Source: Massalongia carnosa
Lineage: Eukaryota
Reading direction: 5' to 3'
Assembly: GCA_965645245.1 (NCBI GenBank)
Contig: OZ287074.1
Location: 930,001-994,000, forward strand
DNA: 64,000 bases
Shown: piece by piece, positions 38,243 to 49,171 of the stretch
Layout of the letters: every line of letters starts with the position of its first letter
Numbering within the stretch: position 1 is the stretch's first letter
Program-made: the position numbers and the translations under genes
The notes under the pieces: generated by a model
Told to the model about the DNA's origin: nothing
The model's database searches: none
The model's input: the letters and a program-made list of their open reading frames with translations, nothing else

Positions 38243-39566
38243 CACGCGGGTGACAAAATAAATTGCAACGTGTAAGCGAATTTACCCCTGAATGCCCCAT
38301 CAAAACACCCTCCTTTTTTTCAACTTTTTATCTCATCATCAATGTCTCGACCCAAAAAGCCTCATTATGATACTCCCACAAAGGCCAAAGTTCAAGGAGC
38401 TTATCAATTTCTCATCTCACATGCAATTCCATTCGATCCACGGGCCATTTTTCAGGAATTTGGCGTGGCCGAGCGCGCGGGCTATAACATCATCAAAAGC
38501 GGAGTTTCTTGCACACGTCACAATTCTTCTCTCGTTGAGACTCGGGGTCGAAAGCGAAAGATTAGTGATGATCAGCTGAAGGAGGCAGATCACATTCTGC
38601 AGGATCAAGATCTACAATTGGAAGGAAAACGCTACACATGGGATGCTTTAGCACAGGAGATTGGGGCCGACGTGATGGGACGTACAATGAAGAGAACTCT
38701 TACAGCTGCCTTGAATTATCACAAATTTCTAGCCTGTGTCAAAGGGTGGCTGGCAATGGCATCAGAAGAAAGAAGAGAAGAATTTGCTACAGTTATGTTA
38801 AATAAATATCCTCGGTCCGAAGACTGGCATCGCGTACGATTCAGCGATGAGATTCATTTTGGCTACGGGCCTGAAGGACAGTTACGAATCATTCGTAAGC
38901 CCGGAACAAGATATCGTTGGGATTGTATTCAGCATCGTGATGCACCACCTGAGAAAGATCGTAAAAGAAAGCACTGCTGGGCAGCAGTTGGTTACAATTT
39001 CAAGTCGGATATCTACTTCTACGATGTGCCCAGCAATAGCAATGGAAAAATAACTCATCAGGTGTATATTGACGCTATTCTTGATCCCGTCGTCAAGCCC
39101 TGGTTGGAGCGTGGAGATGACTTCGTACTTGAAGAAGATGGAGACTCTGGTCATGGCACGGGCAAGAGACGAAACGCGGTCAAAAAGTGGAAGTTAGATC
39201 ACGATTTAGAGCACTATTTCAATTGTTCTTCATCTCCTGATCTAGCTCCCATTGAAAATTGCTGGCAGCCCGCAAAGCAGCATGTTCGTAAATTTCCTCA
39301 TTGGGACGATGCAAGTTTGGAGCAGCTGATTAGGGAGGGATGGGCTCGAGTCAGTCAGGAATTTATCAATGAAAGGGTGTTATCCATGCCCAAAAGATTG
39401 AAAGAGGTGAAAGATGCAAAGGGGGCGATGACTGGTTATTGATCTCATGTAATTTAGATGAATTTTATCAGCTATGCAGATGATGGTTGATGATGAGATG
39501 AAAATTTGAATAAAAAAGGGGGGGTAAATTCGCTTACACGTTGCAATTTATTTTGTCACCCGCGTG
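38243..39566 (+). mobile_element. Full-length Tc1/mariner (IS630-Tc1) DNA transposon with perfect 46-bp TIRs
   Basis: TIR CACGCGGGTGACAAAATAAATTGCAACGTGTAAGCGAATTTACCCC at 38243-38288; exact reverse complement at 39521-39566; encloses an intact transposase ORF. Confidence 0.95.
38342..39442 (+). CDS. Tc1-like DDE transposase, 366 aa, DD38E
   Basis: GRKRK motif; VRFSDE (D1); LEEDGDSGH (D2); SPDLAPIENCW (E), with 38 residues counted between D2 and E; no stops or frameshifts. Confidence 0.92.
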   Translation: MSRPKKPHYDTPTKAKVQGAYQFLISHAIPFDPRAIFQEFGVAERAGYNIIKSGVSCTRHNSSLVETRGRKRKISDDQLKEADHILQDQDLQLEGKRYTWDALAQEIGADVMGRTMKRTLTAALNYHKFLACVKGWLAMASEERREEFATVMLNKYPRSEDWHRVRFSDEIHFGYGPEGQLRIIRKPGTRYRWDCIQHRDAPPEKDRKRKHCWAAVGYNFKSDIYFYDVPSNSNGKITHQVYIDAILDPVVKPWLERGDDFVLEEDGDSGHGTGKRRNAVKKWKLDHDLEHYFNCSSSPDLAPIENCWQPAKQHVRKFPHWDDASLEQLIREGWARVSQEFINERVLSMPKRLKEVKDAKGAMTGY

Positions 39567-39610
39567 TGCATGGGTGTGGCATGGGTGTGGCATGAGAGTG
39601 GCATGGGGGG
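39567..39610. repeat. 11-bp GTGGCATGGGT minisatellite split by the Tc1 element (left part at 38223-38242)
   Basis: gtggcatgggtgtggcatgg | element | tgcatgggtgtggcatgggtgtggcatgagagtggcatggg. Confidence 0.8.
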
Positions 39611-40086
39611 ATGCGTTGGCTATTTCCGGAATGCCGTACACAGTTTACCGGGTGGGACGGATCAACCGAGATGAACGCGACCGGGGTTCCTTACGAATCC
39701 AGAACCCTCAAGAGCCGCTCGTTCCCAATCGGGCGAGAAACGAAAAAAGGGTCATGCCAAGAAATCGTGAAAGAATCGAATGGGACGCTCCTCGCCACAC
39801 GGGAGGTTAGGTCCATCCCAGTCCCTTGCAGTCGGTCCAGTCAGTCCCCTGCGGTCCCTTGCGGCTCCACCCGAGAGGGAAATAAGGGACTAAACTAACG
39901 GACTAGCGCGCCTGTTTGAACAATGCAGGGTCCAGAAGGTTAACGGAACGTTGGTTACTCCAGTATAAGTCGGTACAGCGTATCGCAGCAAGAGCGCAAC
40001 ATGCGCAACATGAGATTTCATCGAGCTGATTATACAAACACCCCCCACCCCCCCCTATTCCTCGGTACAGATGAGTAACTAGATAG

Positions 40087-42320
40087 CTAACTAGGTGGAG
40101 GAGGGTAGGTAGCCTTCGTCCTTGTAACTCCCGGGTAGACGAGGCCTTGGGCAAACCTTGCCGAGTACCCGATATCCCTTTTGGCAGCCGTGGTGCCCGT
40201 CTTCGTCACCGGATCCGAGACCGCGGTGTTGCCAATGAAGCTCTGCACCGTGACTGAAGTAGGCTGTGGCGTACTGCGTGCCGAAAGGCTATAGCGTCCG
40301 GGTCCGTCTTTAGCCACCCCCTGGAGGGCGCCGCTATTCAGCCTGAGCTGCATGATGGCCGCAGGGTCAGCGAGATCGACCGTCACGGTTCCGCCCTGCT
40401 TGGGGATCCACGTGAAGCTGTCGATGACGAGATGATCTTTACTAGTTTGGTCCGATGTAATATCGATGCTATCGGTAGCCTTCGTGCCGGACGGGGTGTG
40501 CGTGATGGTGACCTGAAAGGAGCGTAAGACTTGGGCGGGGTCGGCATTCCCCAGGACAGGTAGTTCCAGGGTAGCGGTGGCGGTATTCGCGCCGGTGAGA
40601 GTGATCCCTGCCGTAGGTCCAGCTGTCTGAGCCCATGCGAAGGTTAAATCCCCAGCCCGGATCCCTGGGGCGGTCTGTGCGGCTTTCAGCGTTACGAGAT
40701 TCCCACCTCGAAGGGTTTGATCAGCCCCTGCGTTGGCAGCCACCGTCACATGTCCTGTGAGCGGGGTGATTGTATCAGGACACTGCTTGCTGGGCGTTGG
40801 GGCCGCAGATCCTACGATGAATTAGGCATCTCGACGGATCAACCTCCGAAACGACACTTACCAGGCCATGGGCTCAACTGATGGAAGATGTTGCCTTTTG
40901 CATCAGGCCCAAATCCATTGGCCAGTGGCCCAATTCCGGTGAAATCCAGGGGCCGGGGAGTAGCGCCTGGGGTGATGACTTCGGGGAAAATCCACCCAGT
41001 CACGCGTTGCACGTATTGCCCAGCAAGAATGCTGTCGGAAGTTTTCTGAGTCCCTGAAGCAAAGTTTGATGCGATAATTTCGCGTATACAACCCAATCGA
41101 GGTGCGGTCGGTTCGGAATTCCCATTTCGCTCGTCCGCCCGCGGCTGGCTCGGGCGTCGCATTTCCGATCAGACGGTCTGTCTCGTCTCCCGTGCAGGGA
41201 TCTTGATCGATGGCATATATACGCCGATGGATCCGTCACATGTCCAACGAACTAGATCATTTTTAGACAGTGAGCAAGTCCAAAAACGCAGAAAGGAGAG
41301 GCCGAACACCAACAGAAATCTTCACTCACTATTGCACGTGCAAACTCGGTGTCTGGGGTATTATCGATGATGCCGATGATGGCATCATCGACTCGAATGA
41401 ATCCAGGCGCAGTGCCAGCCTTAGTAAAGATGCCGATATTGACCGTAATGGAGTAACATATAATTTCCTCTCCTACTTTGATGCCAGAGTAGTCGAGGAA
41501 ATCTCCGAATTTCATGGGAGCGAGCCATGTGTAAGGCGTCCGGGACCACGCTGATCTAAGGTTTTAGCATGAGTTTATCGATAGCTAGATAGAAGCCGGC
41601 TTACTGGTTCAGCGGATTGAGGACGTTATTAGGTCGATTAGATTGAGAACACTTTGGGTCGTTTGCGCTGCGAGGAACACACATGGGAAACTCCCCAAAA
41701 CTAGAGATGCTGGGGTTTTCGTTATCAGCGGTAAAAGATGGGATCGCATCATACCCAGCGCTGTATTTGGCATCGGGATCGTTAATGCGGATTGTTGGGC
41801 CGTTCCGGATCTTGATTGCTCCATCCATCCCAAAGGATTCGATGACCCCAGTTGATGCTTGAAGAAAAATCTGAGCGATAGACAACTGTCCCACGATGAT
41901 CTGAGCGATAGACAACTGTCCCACGATGATCTGACCGTTGACAACATTGCCATTGATCTAGATATAGCGTTAGGGAGCAATAAGGCCTCTAATCATGATA
42001 ATGTACCTTACCGAAACTTCGTAAGGGCCTAGACCCCGGTTTCCTGCTGCAAACTCCTTGAACGGGACTTGCAATGCTGGGAACTCCACCAGCAGATTGT
42101 CGGGAATGCGAATCGAGAAGCCATTGACAGAAAAAGTCCCATCAGACCGAACGGAGTCACCGAAAGATACAGCACTTAAGACATGTTCAGACATAATCTG
42201 ATATATACGTAATTTCGAGGCATACTTATCTAGGAAGCCTGTGGTTGAGAACGGCACCACCCGTGCCAAAACTCCCAAGCTCATGGAGCCAAATGTAGTG
42301 CTTAAGAGCAGAAATCCCAT
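40087..42320 (-). pseudogene. Secreted uncharacterised beta-rich protein with a C-terminal PKD/Ig-like domain; frameshifted
   Basis: N-terminal MGFLLLSTTFGSMSLGVLA. Exons encode GTFSVNGFSIRIPDNLLVEFPA, GPTIRINDPDAKYS, TADNENPSISSF, FPMCVPRSANDPKC..NRP, GDFLDYSG, IYAIDQDPCTGDETDR, AGQYVQRVTGWIFPE, FHQLSPWP, and last-exon ANAGADQTL...LTFAWAQTAGP. About 5 GT-AG introns; frameshifts near 41225 and 41063. Confidence 0.7.
41869..41934. repeat. Perfect 30-bp tandem duplication within the coding region
   Basis: ATCTGAGCGATAGACAACTGTCCCACGATG x2 plus ATCTGA; duplicates QIIVGQLSIA. Confidence 0.95.
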
Positions 42321-42836
42321 GTTCGCGCACCGAAAAGGGGTTTAAATTGAGCGGCTACAGGTTCTTTGTCGCCTCGAGAGGAAATGAGATATAACCAAGG
42401 ATCTCGTGAAGAAGAGCCGTGAAATATGAAGACTTGCAGTTCATTCCTTGGAACTCTAGGAGACAGATACCTAACTAGAAAGACGTACGTATAGCTCACT
42501 GAAATCCCATCATACCACACACAACGAGAATCCAATGTACAGCCAAGAAATGGAGCCTGCCTGAATGAAGTGAAGCTACGTATATCGCCCACGATGGGGT
42601 CGCTGAGGTGGTGTAATACATGATACTCTCTCGCCTGTTTGGGATACGAGAGCTTGGCTATGAGAGAGTTTTACAAAAATAGAGCAGCTAACGAAAGAAA
42701 TGCATAGAGTCTAATTCGGAACCTTCCGGTCGGAACAATAAGCCTGGGGGGGGAAATCTCAGTATGAACAGAGCCATGCAATCATCTCAGACTCTAAAGG
42801 ATAGGAAACGGAAAATAGAGTCACGGCATTGATAAA

Positions 42837-42884
42837 GGTGGTTGAGGAGGGTGGTTGAGGAGGGTGGTTGAGGAGGGTGGTTGA
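42837..42884. repeat. 13-bp tandem repeat (GGTGGTTGAGGAG)x3.7 in the divergent intergenic region
   Basis: Three exact units plus a partial one, read directly. Confidence 0.9.
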
Positions 42885-43742
42885 TCGGGGATTTTGCAGA
42901 TGATGGGTCCCCTACCTGCATAACGACCAGCAAGCCTCAATTCATGGGATTCTAATCGAGTCCCCACAAACCTGGAGATACTTCTAGGCTAAAGAATAAA
43001 CCTTTTGGCAATTGGCTGGCTATTGTCAATGGTTGCAGCGTCGTGACTCAGGAGCTAAACCTAATGTCAACGAGTTGTGTGTGCTCCCATATAAACATAA
43101 AAAGCCTCATTTTACAGCCAGATATCTACTCTCGATGGTCCAATAATGTCAACAACAGATATTTCAGGGGATGCTTCGGGTCTTGGCAATGATCACATTG
43201 TGGTAGTGAGGCAGGAAAAAGTATGCCAGGAGTCTCGGACCCCGTTGATACTCGACGGATCTTGCCTTCTCTCGCTTGACCCTGATAGCTTTGGGGGTTG
43301 TTGCGTTTCTACAACGCTTGCCACTGCTGTTAGTTGACTTTATTCATCTTCTATTCAGTCCGAGGCCGCCTGAGAATGCCTATTTCCGTCCTTGATCATC
43401 CTCGATCTAGGGCTTTGAAACATCATGACATTTCTGGTAAGTCACTCCAATGACCCGCAGGAAAGGATGTCCTTCTGTCCGCGGTGACCAACTCGTGCTG
43501 ATGGCGTTTTGAAGGTCGGAATTAGAAATTACGATACTGGAGGTGGTGTAGCCCCAATATTGGAGCCTTGTGAATCTCCTATATATCAGGCTGCTGGATG
43601 AGTAGAGGCTCCTCCCCCATCTCATTTTGCTATGTTCTCTTCAAGCGCCTGAAGGGTGTCTAGCCGTTGAAGAAGTTTCAAACTTCGCATTCTCTTTAAT
43701 CGTCTCTGAGCCACCGCTTTCGTTCGGTAACGAGAGAAGATA

Positions 43743-46043
43743 ATGCCGTGCAGGAACTTGGTCCAGGCTGTGCATTTCAGTCTGCTGCTAGGAGAGGCTT
43801 TGGCGAAGGACTGGCTAAGCCCTATATACAACAAATTCTTCCAGTTCCCTCTCCCGATCCCGCCAGACAAAGTCCCCAAGTTGTAAGCTTGTTAACAGCC
43901 TGAATTCGGCTCTTCAGTTACGTCTATTTAGTTCCTATACAAATGCGTCTACAGGACGAACCATCGATTATTACGAGATCAAGATCAAGCCCCTTCAACA
44001 ACAAGTCTATCCTGACCTGGGCAAAGCAAACCTGGTTGGCTACGATGGCATATCGCCGGGACCTACCTTTCGTTGGAAAAACGAGTTGAAGCAGTCGTTC
44101 GATTCGTCAATCATGCGTCATTGGCCAACTCCGTTCATCTCCATGGATCCTACAGTATGGCCTGTGTTCCAAGCCTCCGTTATCAACGCTGATCATGAAA
44201 CAGGTCATTCCCCTTTTGATAGCTAGGCAGAAGATATAACCGAACCCGGCCATTACAAAGACTACTACTATCCAAATAGTCAGAAGGCACGGACACTCTG
44301 GTATCATGTAAGCCGCGCAACCGTCCGCGTTCAGAATCCTTTCCAGTCGAAGCACTAAATTACCGCAGGATCATGCAATTCATCACACTGCTGAAAACGC
44401 GTACTTTAGCCAAGCTGGATTTTACATTCTCCATGACCCAGCAGCGGACATTGGGCTACCCGGTGGCAAATTCGATGTTCCCCTAGCTCTTGCAGCAAAT
44501 CAGTACCAATCTAATGGCGACCTTTTCTCGCCAGCCAGCGAAACGACCAGTCTCTATGGGGATGTTATCCATGTCAATGGCCAGCCATGGCCATACTTAA
44601 AAGTTGAACCGAGAAAGTACCGCTTCCGCTTTTTGGATACATCAATCAGTCGAGCCTTTAAGTTGTGCTTCGAAGACGACACTAAAGTTGGCACCCAATT
44701 CCATTCCAAGTGGCAGCTTCTGATACCGGATACTTGTCCAAACTAGTCTTATCTTCAACCTGGAAATTCCATGGCGGAGCGCTGGGAGGTCGTGTTCGAC
44801 TTTGCACCATATGCAAATCGGAACGTAACTTTGAAGAATTCGCGCAAAGTCCAAAGCGACGAAGACTTCTTTGGCACAGCCAGGGTGATGAGGTTCGTAG
44901 TTGGAACCACAGTTTCAGACAACTCCAATAATGGAGGACCTCCCTCAACGCTGTCGGTGCTCGACCCCTCTCCCTCAAAAACCACTGTCGACAAGAAGTT
45001 CACCTTTGAGAGAAAGTAAATTAAACCCGCTCATCCGTATCCTGCAATCGGGCTTGTACGCTTAAGTTAATCTGATTATATAAGAACGGCGAATGGACCA
45101 TCAACGGCGTAACATTCTCTCAAGTAGGGAACCATATCCTCGCCAAGCCTCCCCGTGGGACCGTCGAGTTGTGGGAACTCGAGAACAAAAGCGCTGGCTG
45201 GTCACACCCAGTGCACATCCACCTTATCGACTTTCAAATCGTTGAACGTTTCAACGGGCGACCCGTTCTCGAATATGAGGTAAATATTCCTAAACGTTGA
45301 TTGTTCTTCTTTCATCTTATCTTTCTCTTTTGATGATGATTGATTCTTGTACCGATCTGACACCGGCCGAAGGCCGGCCCATGCGGGCTATCTACTTATT
45401 CTTACAGGGAAAACCTTTTAAAAGGATAAAAACCATGCAGACTGCGCCATTATCCCAAACGTGTTCCGTTTCTGGACTGCATTCTTCGCTCGATGTTCTG
45501 TGAAATCCTTGACAAAATGAGAGTTATCACTCGTATAACAGTTGCGATGCTAGTGAAAATTGGGTCAGCAAATTTGCATTTATTATCCATGTGGTTAGTT
45601 TTTTCAACATTTATCTTTCTCTTTTTATATTGCACAAACTAATCTTAAACTAACTGGCAATCTCTACTTACTAGAAATCTGGTCTCAAAGACGTTGTCCT
45701 CCTTGGCAATAACGAACGGGTGCACGTGCTGGCTAAATACGCCCCCTGGGACGGCGTCTACATGTTCCACTGCCACAACCTCATCCACGAGGACCACGAC
45801 ATGACGGCGGCCTTCAACGTCACCGCCCTCGCCGCCGATTTCGGCTACCCGGAAACCACCCACTTCATTGACCCCATGGAGGCCCGCTGGCGCGCCAAAC
45901 CCGAGGATTCTACCAAGTTCACCGAGCAGTTCATCACGCGCGAGCTGCTGCCGGGGTTCGAGGCCTTGAATGCGTATCACGACGTGAAGGGCGTGGAGGA
46001 CGCATTGGATGCGTATTGGAAGCGGAAAGGAGTACAGGTTTAA
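43743..46043 (+). pseudogene. Bilirubin oxidase / CotA-like multicopper oxidase, disabled
   Basis: Signal peptide then WLSPIY..FQFPLPIPP; VYPDLGKANLVGYDGISPGPTF; SVHLHGS; RTLWYH/DHAIH; NGQPWPYLKVEPRKYRFRFLD; WSHPVHIHLIDF; YMFHCHNLIHEDHDM. Frameshift at ~44073, TAG at 44224-44226 (FDGWAED>FDS*AED), more indels at ~44695-44770. Confidence 0.9.
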
Positions 46044-46240
46044 ACGGATGTAGGAAGGGATTTTGGATGGTAGGGGAGGAAAAGGCTTTTTGGCCAGGGA
46101 AGGGAGGTGACGGGGTTAAGGATCAGAAGTTCAGAATCTGGTTCTTTCGTTCCTTCGCTCCTTGGTTTTTGGTTCGTCAAAGCTCTTATTAAACGTGATC
46201 ATGACACATCCACATATATCTCTTCGCTTCCCGAACCCCC

Positions 46241-48408
46241 TCACCCTTCCACCCTGAACACTACCTCATCAACCAAGCTCCTCAGCACCCTCTCCATCCT
46301 CCCTACATCCTCCTCCCCCACCTCCAACTTCCCCCCCGCATTCCGGCGAAACAACTCCCTCTCCACAGCGACCATGCGCGCAAACCTCGACTCCGCCCCG
46401 TGACTCTTCGCCACATTATCGCTCAACTCTCTCAGTAGCCCAAACGCGACGACGCCCAAGTTCAGCGGCACGTGGTGCAGTAGCGCCAGCACCTCGGCGT
46501 CGCCCTCGTGCGCTAGGTGCGCCAGCTGCGCGGTGAGTTTTAGCAGCACGTACGCGTGCGCCGCGCGCACCGGGTGGAAGGTTGCGGGGAAGTGCACCGG
46601 ATCGATGAGGAAGCGCGTGACGAGGGTGTGGGCGAAGGCCTCGACCCAGTGGCCGGCTGTCAGGAGGGCTAGGACGAGCTCGGCGCGCAGGCGCGCATAG
46701 GGCTGACGGTGGAGCGGGTAGAGGCCTTTTTGCGCGTGGGGAGCGAATTTGGCGAGGGCAGCGCGGAGCGCGGGGATGCGCGCGAGGGGGTCGCGATTGG
46801 AGCGGGCAATGGCGACGTCGGCGGTGGCGTCGAGGGTTGCGAGGATGGGGGGTGGGAGGGCGTTGGTGAGGGCGGGTGGCGGGTCGGGGTTCGTGGGGAA
46901 GAGGGTGCATGGGGTTGGGGCGACGCAGAGGAGACAGGTGCAGGTGAAGAAATAGCGCTTCTGGAGCTCGCGCTGGCGGGTCGGAGGCGGGTCGGTCGCG
47001 TCGATGTAGGAGATGGTAATTTCGCTAGTGGCGGCGATGGGGAGGAGGGAGTGGAGCGAGAGCATGGGACCAGAAAAGGAGAGGGTGCTGTTGGGGCTGC
47101 AGCTGTGGTTTAGGAGAGCAAGGCGCGGAGTTAGGGCCAGGCCTAGAGGGGTGCAGGTGGAGTTGGTGAGGGTATGAGTGTTGATTAAGATCTGATTTGG
47201 GAGCGTTAGGCGGGAGGGATTGGTGTAATTGGAGGATAACCCAAAGGGTGGGAAACGTACCCGCCCGATCAAACTCTCCACTAGCCTTAGATCCTCCTGG
47301 GACTTGGAATATTCCCTCGCCGCCTTGGCCATTAACTGTACGTTCTCCCACGCGCCCGCGCCTTCGGCGGCATATTGGGTTTTGAAGCCCTCCGTGTGAT
47401 GCTGGAGGTTGGTGAAGGAGGACCATTCGGGGTCGAGTAGGAGTTTGTGTTTGCGGCGGAGTAGGAATTGGACGGCCATGCGAACCGTGTTGGGGAGAAG
47501 GTTGGGGTAAAGGCATTTGAAGAGGTTGCATTCGAGTTTGTGGTGGCGCCAGGAGGATTTTTGGCAAGGCTATAAGGGGGTTTGGGCTTGGTCAGTAGAA
47601 GTGACATTGGGGAAGTATGGGTTATGGGGAAAAGGAAGATATAGGTTATAAGAAAACACAGACTGCAAAAGATGAGAGACTTGGAAGAATTTGATCGACT
47701 TCAATCTTCCGTATCCTCTAAAGGAGAACTTACAGGCGGTTATCCTGAATGGTCTTGTGGTTTGTGAATATGGTTGAGATCCATGAATCCAAAAAGATAT
47801 CAATAATATGAGAATATGAGAATATGAAAGAAAAGACAACTCAACCATTTGACAATTGTAAGTAGTGATACGGAATCGGTCATGTGTAGTTTGCAATGTA
47901 TCGTAGAAAAGTCCGAGAAACCACGCTCATATTATGCGGCTCATTATCTTCTGTCGGCCGGGCATTATCCAAACCCAAGAACAATTCAGGTCCTCCCATC
48001 TCATCGCAAACAAAACAAATGACGCCAACTCACCTCCCCACAAAACCTCACCACCCCACAGCCACCACATTTCTTTAGCTGAACAGACTCTACCATCCCT
48101 TCGTCCCCGCCGATCAAGCACCACTCGCACACTCTCGCCAGCTGCGGACTATCAAGCACACATCCCATAGGCCTCTCCACACGCATCACCAGCTCCCCTG
48201 GCCTGATATCTCGTTTCGCAAAGAGGCCGTTGCCTGCAGCGCCGGCATCTTTCACGTATGTGGCCTCTTCATCTGCAAGAGTGGGCTCTGGATCGATCCG
48301 AGAGGAGAAGTTGGGGAGGGAGACCTGGACGTCAAGAAAGCCGTGGTTGGCTGCTAGTTTCTTGATGTCGTTAGCGGCGTTTTGCAGTGCTTGACTGTCC
48401 GCTGGCAT
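46241..48408 (-). CDS. SET and MYND domain (SMYD-like) lysine methyltransferase
   Basis: AGNGLFAKRDIRPGE; MYND CEWC...CGGC....FC / CQKSSWRHHKLEC; LLNHSCSPN; EITISYID; post-SET YFFTCTCLLC. Introns at ~47573-48029 and ~47186-47242. Confidence 0.88.
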
Positions 48409-49171
48409 TTTAGAATCAATCTGAGCGCATGCGTGGGGATGATTTTTGGGAAACCACACCAGTGAAAAGGTGGATGAAGCTGGTTTGCCTAAATGCCAAT
48501 CAAGAATTAAAAGAGTGAAAAGAGAAGATGATCAAAAGTTCCGGGGAGTGGATATTTAGACATCTATTCTAGTAGCGATACAGCAGCTAGATAGCTACAC
48601 CGCTTGAATGCCTTTACCTGCAGCAATTGGAATTGTCGAAAACATGTTAGTTGCCGAACCTCTGCCAAAAACTCGTGGTATCAAGAAAAATGGGTTGCCC
48701 ACTTGAGCGAAACATCAGTCAGCTATTGAGAGCATATAAATAAACAAAACAAAACGAATTCGGCTCCATTACAGAGTACACCGAAGATCATGAAATGATG
48801 TACTATGTACTTTCCCATTCTTTGGATCGCCATGTTTCCTGCCATGTTTTCGCCATGTTTCCCGCCATCGCTTTTAGGCTTGGCTGCATGGACCTGTAGC
48901 GTTCCTTCCATCCTTCCGTTCTTAGAGACGAATGGAATGGAGGGGGCTAGTTAGCTGGCCTGTCCAGTGGGTTGTGGCTAATACGAATATGCTCTGTGTC
49001 GGTCAACTTGCAGAGTCAAAAGCGAGTTACTTCATCGACACTTCTTAGGACTTGAAAGATGGTCAGGTCGCTGAATGAGTACTCTTGGCTCCTCCTGTTG
49101 AATTCGACAATATCACATCGAAGGATCACATGACGATAAAGATCGGGATATCACGAGATCAGTCTTATATA

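Noticed and set aside
46416..47567. Long overlapping alternative-frame and antisense ORFs in the SET gene (similar cases in Het-C, the RBR ligase and the RhoGEF)
   Set aside because: Expected from stop-codon scarcity in GC-skewed coding sequence; the translations are low-complexity.
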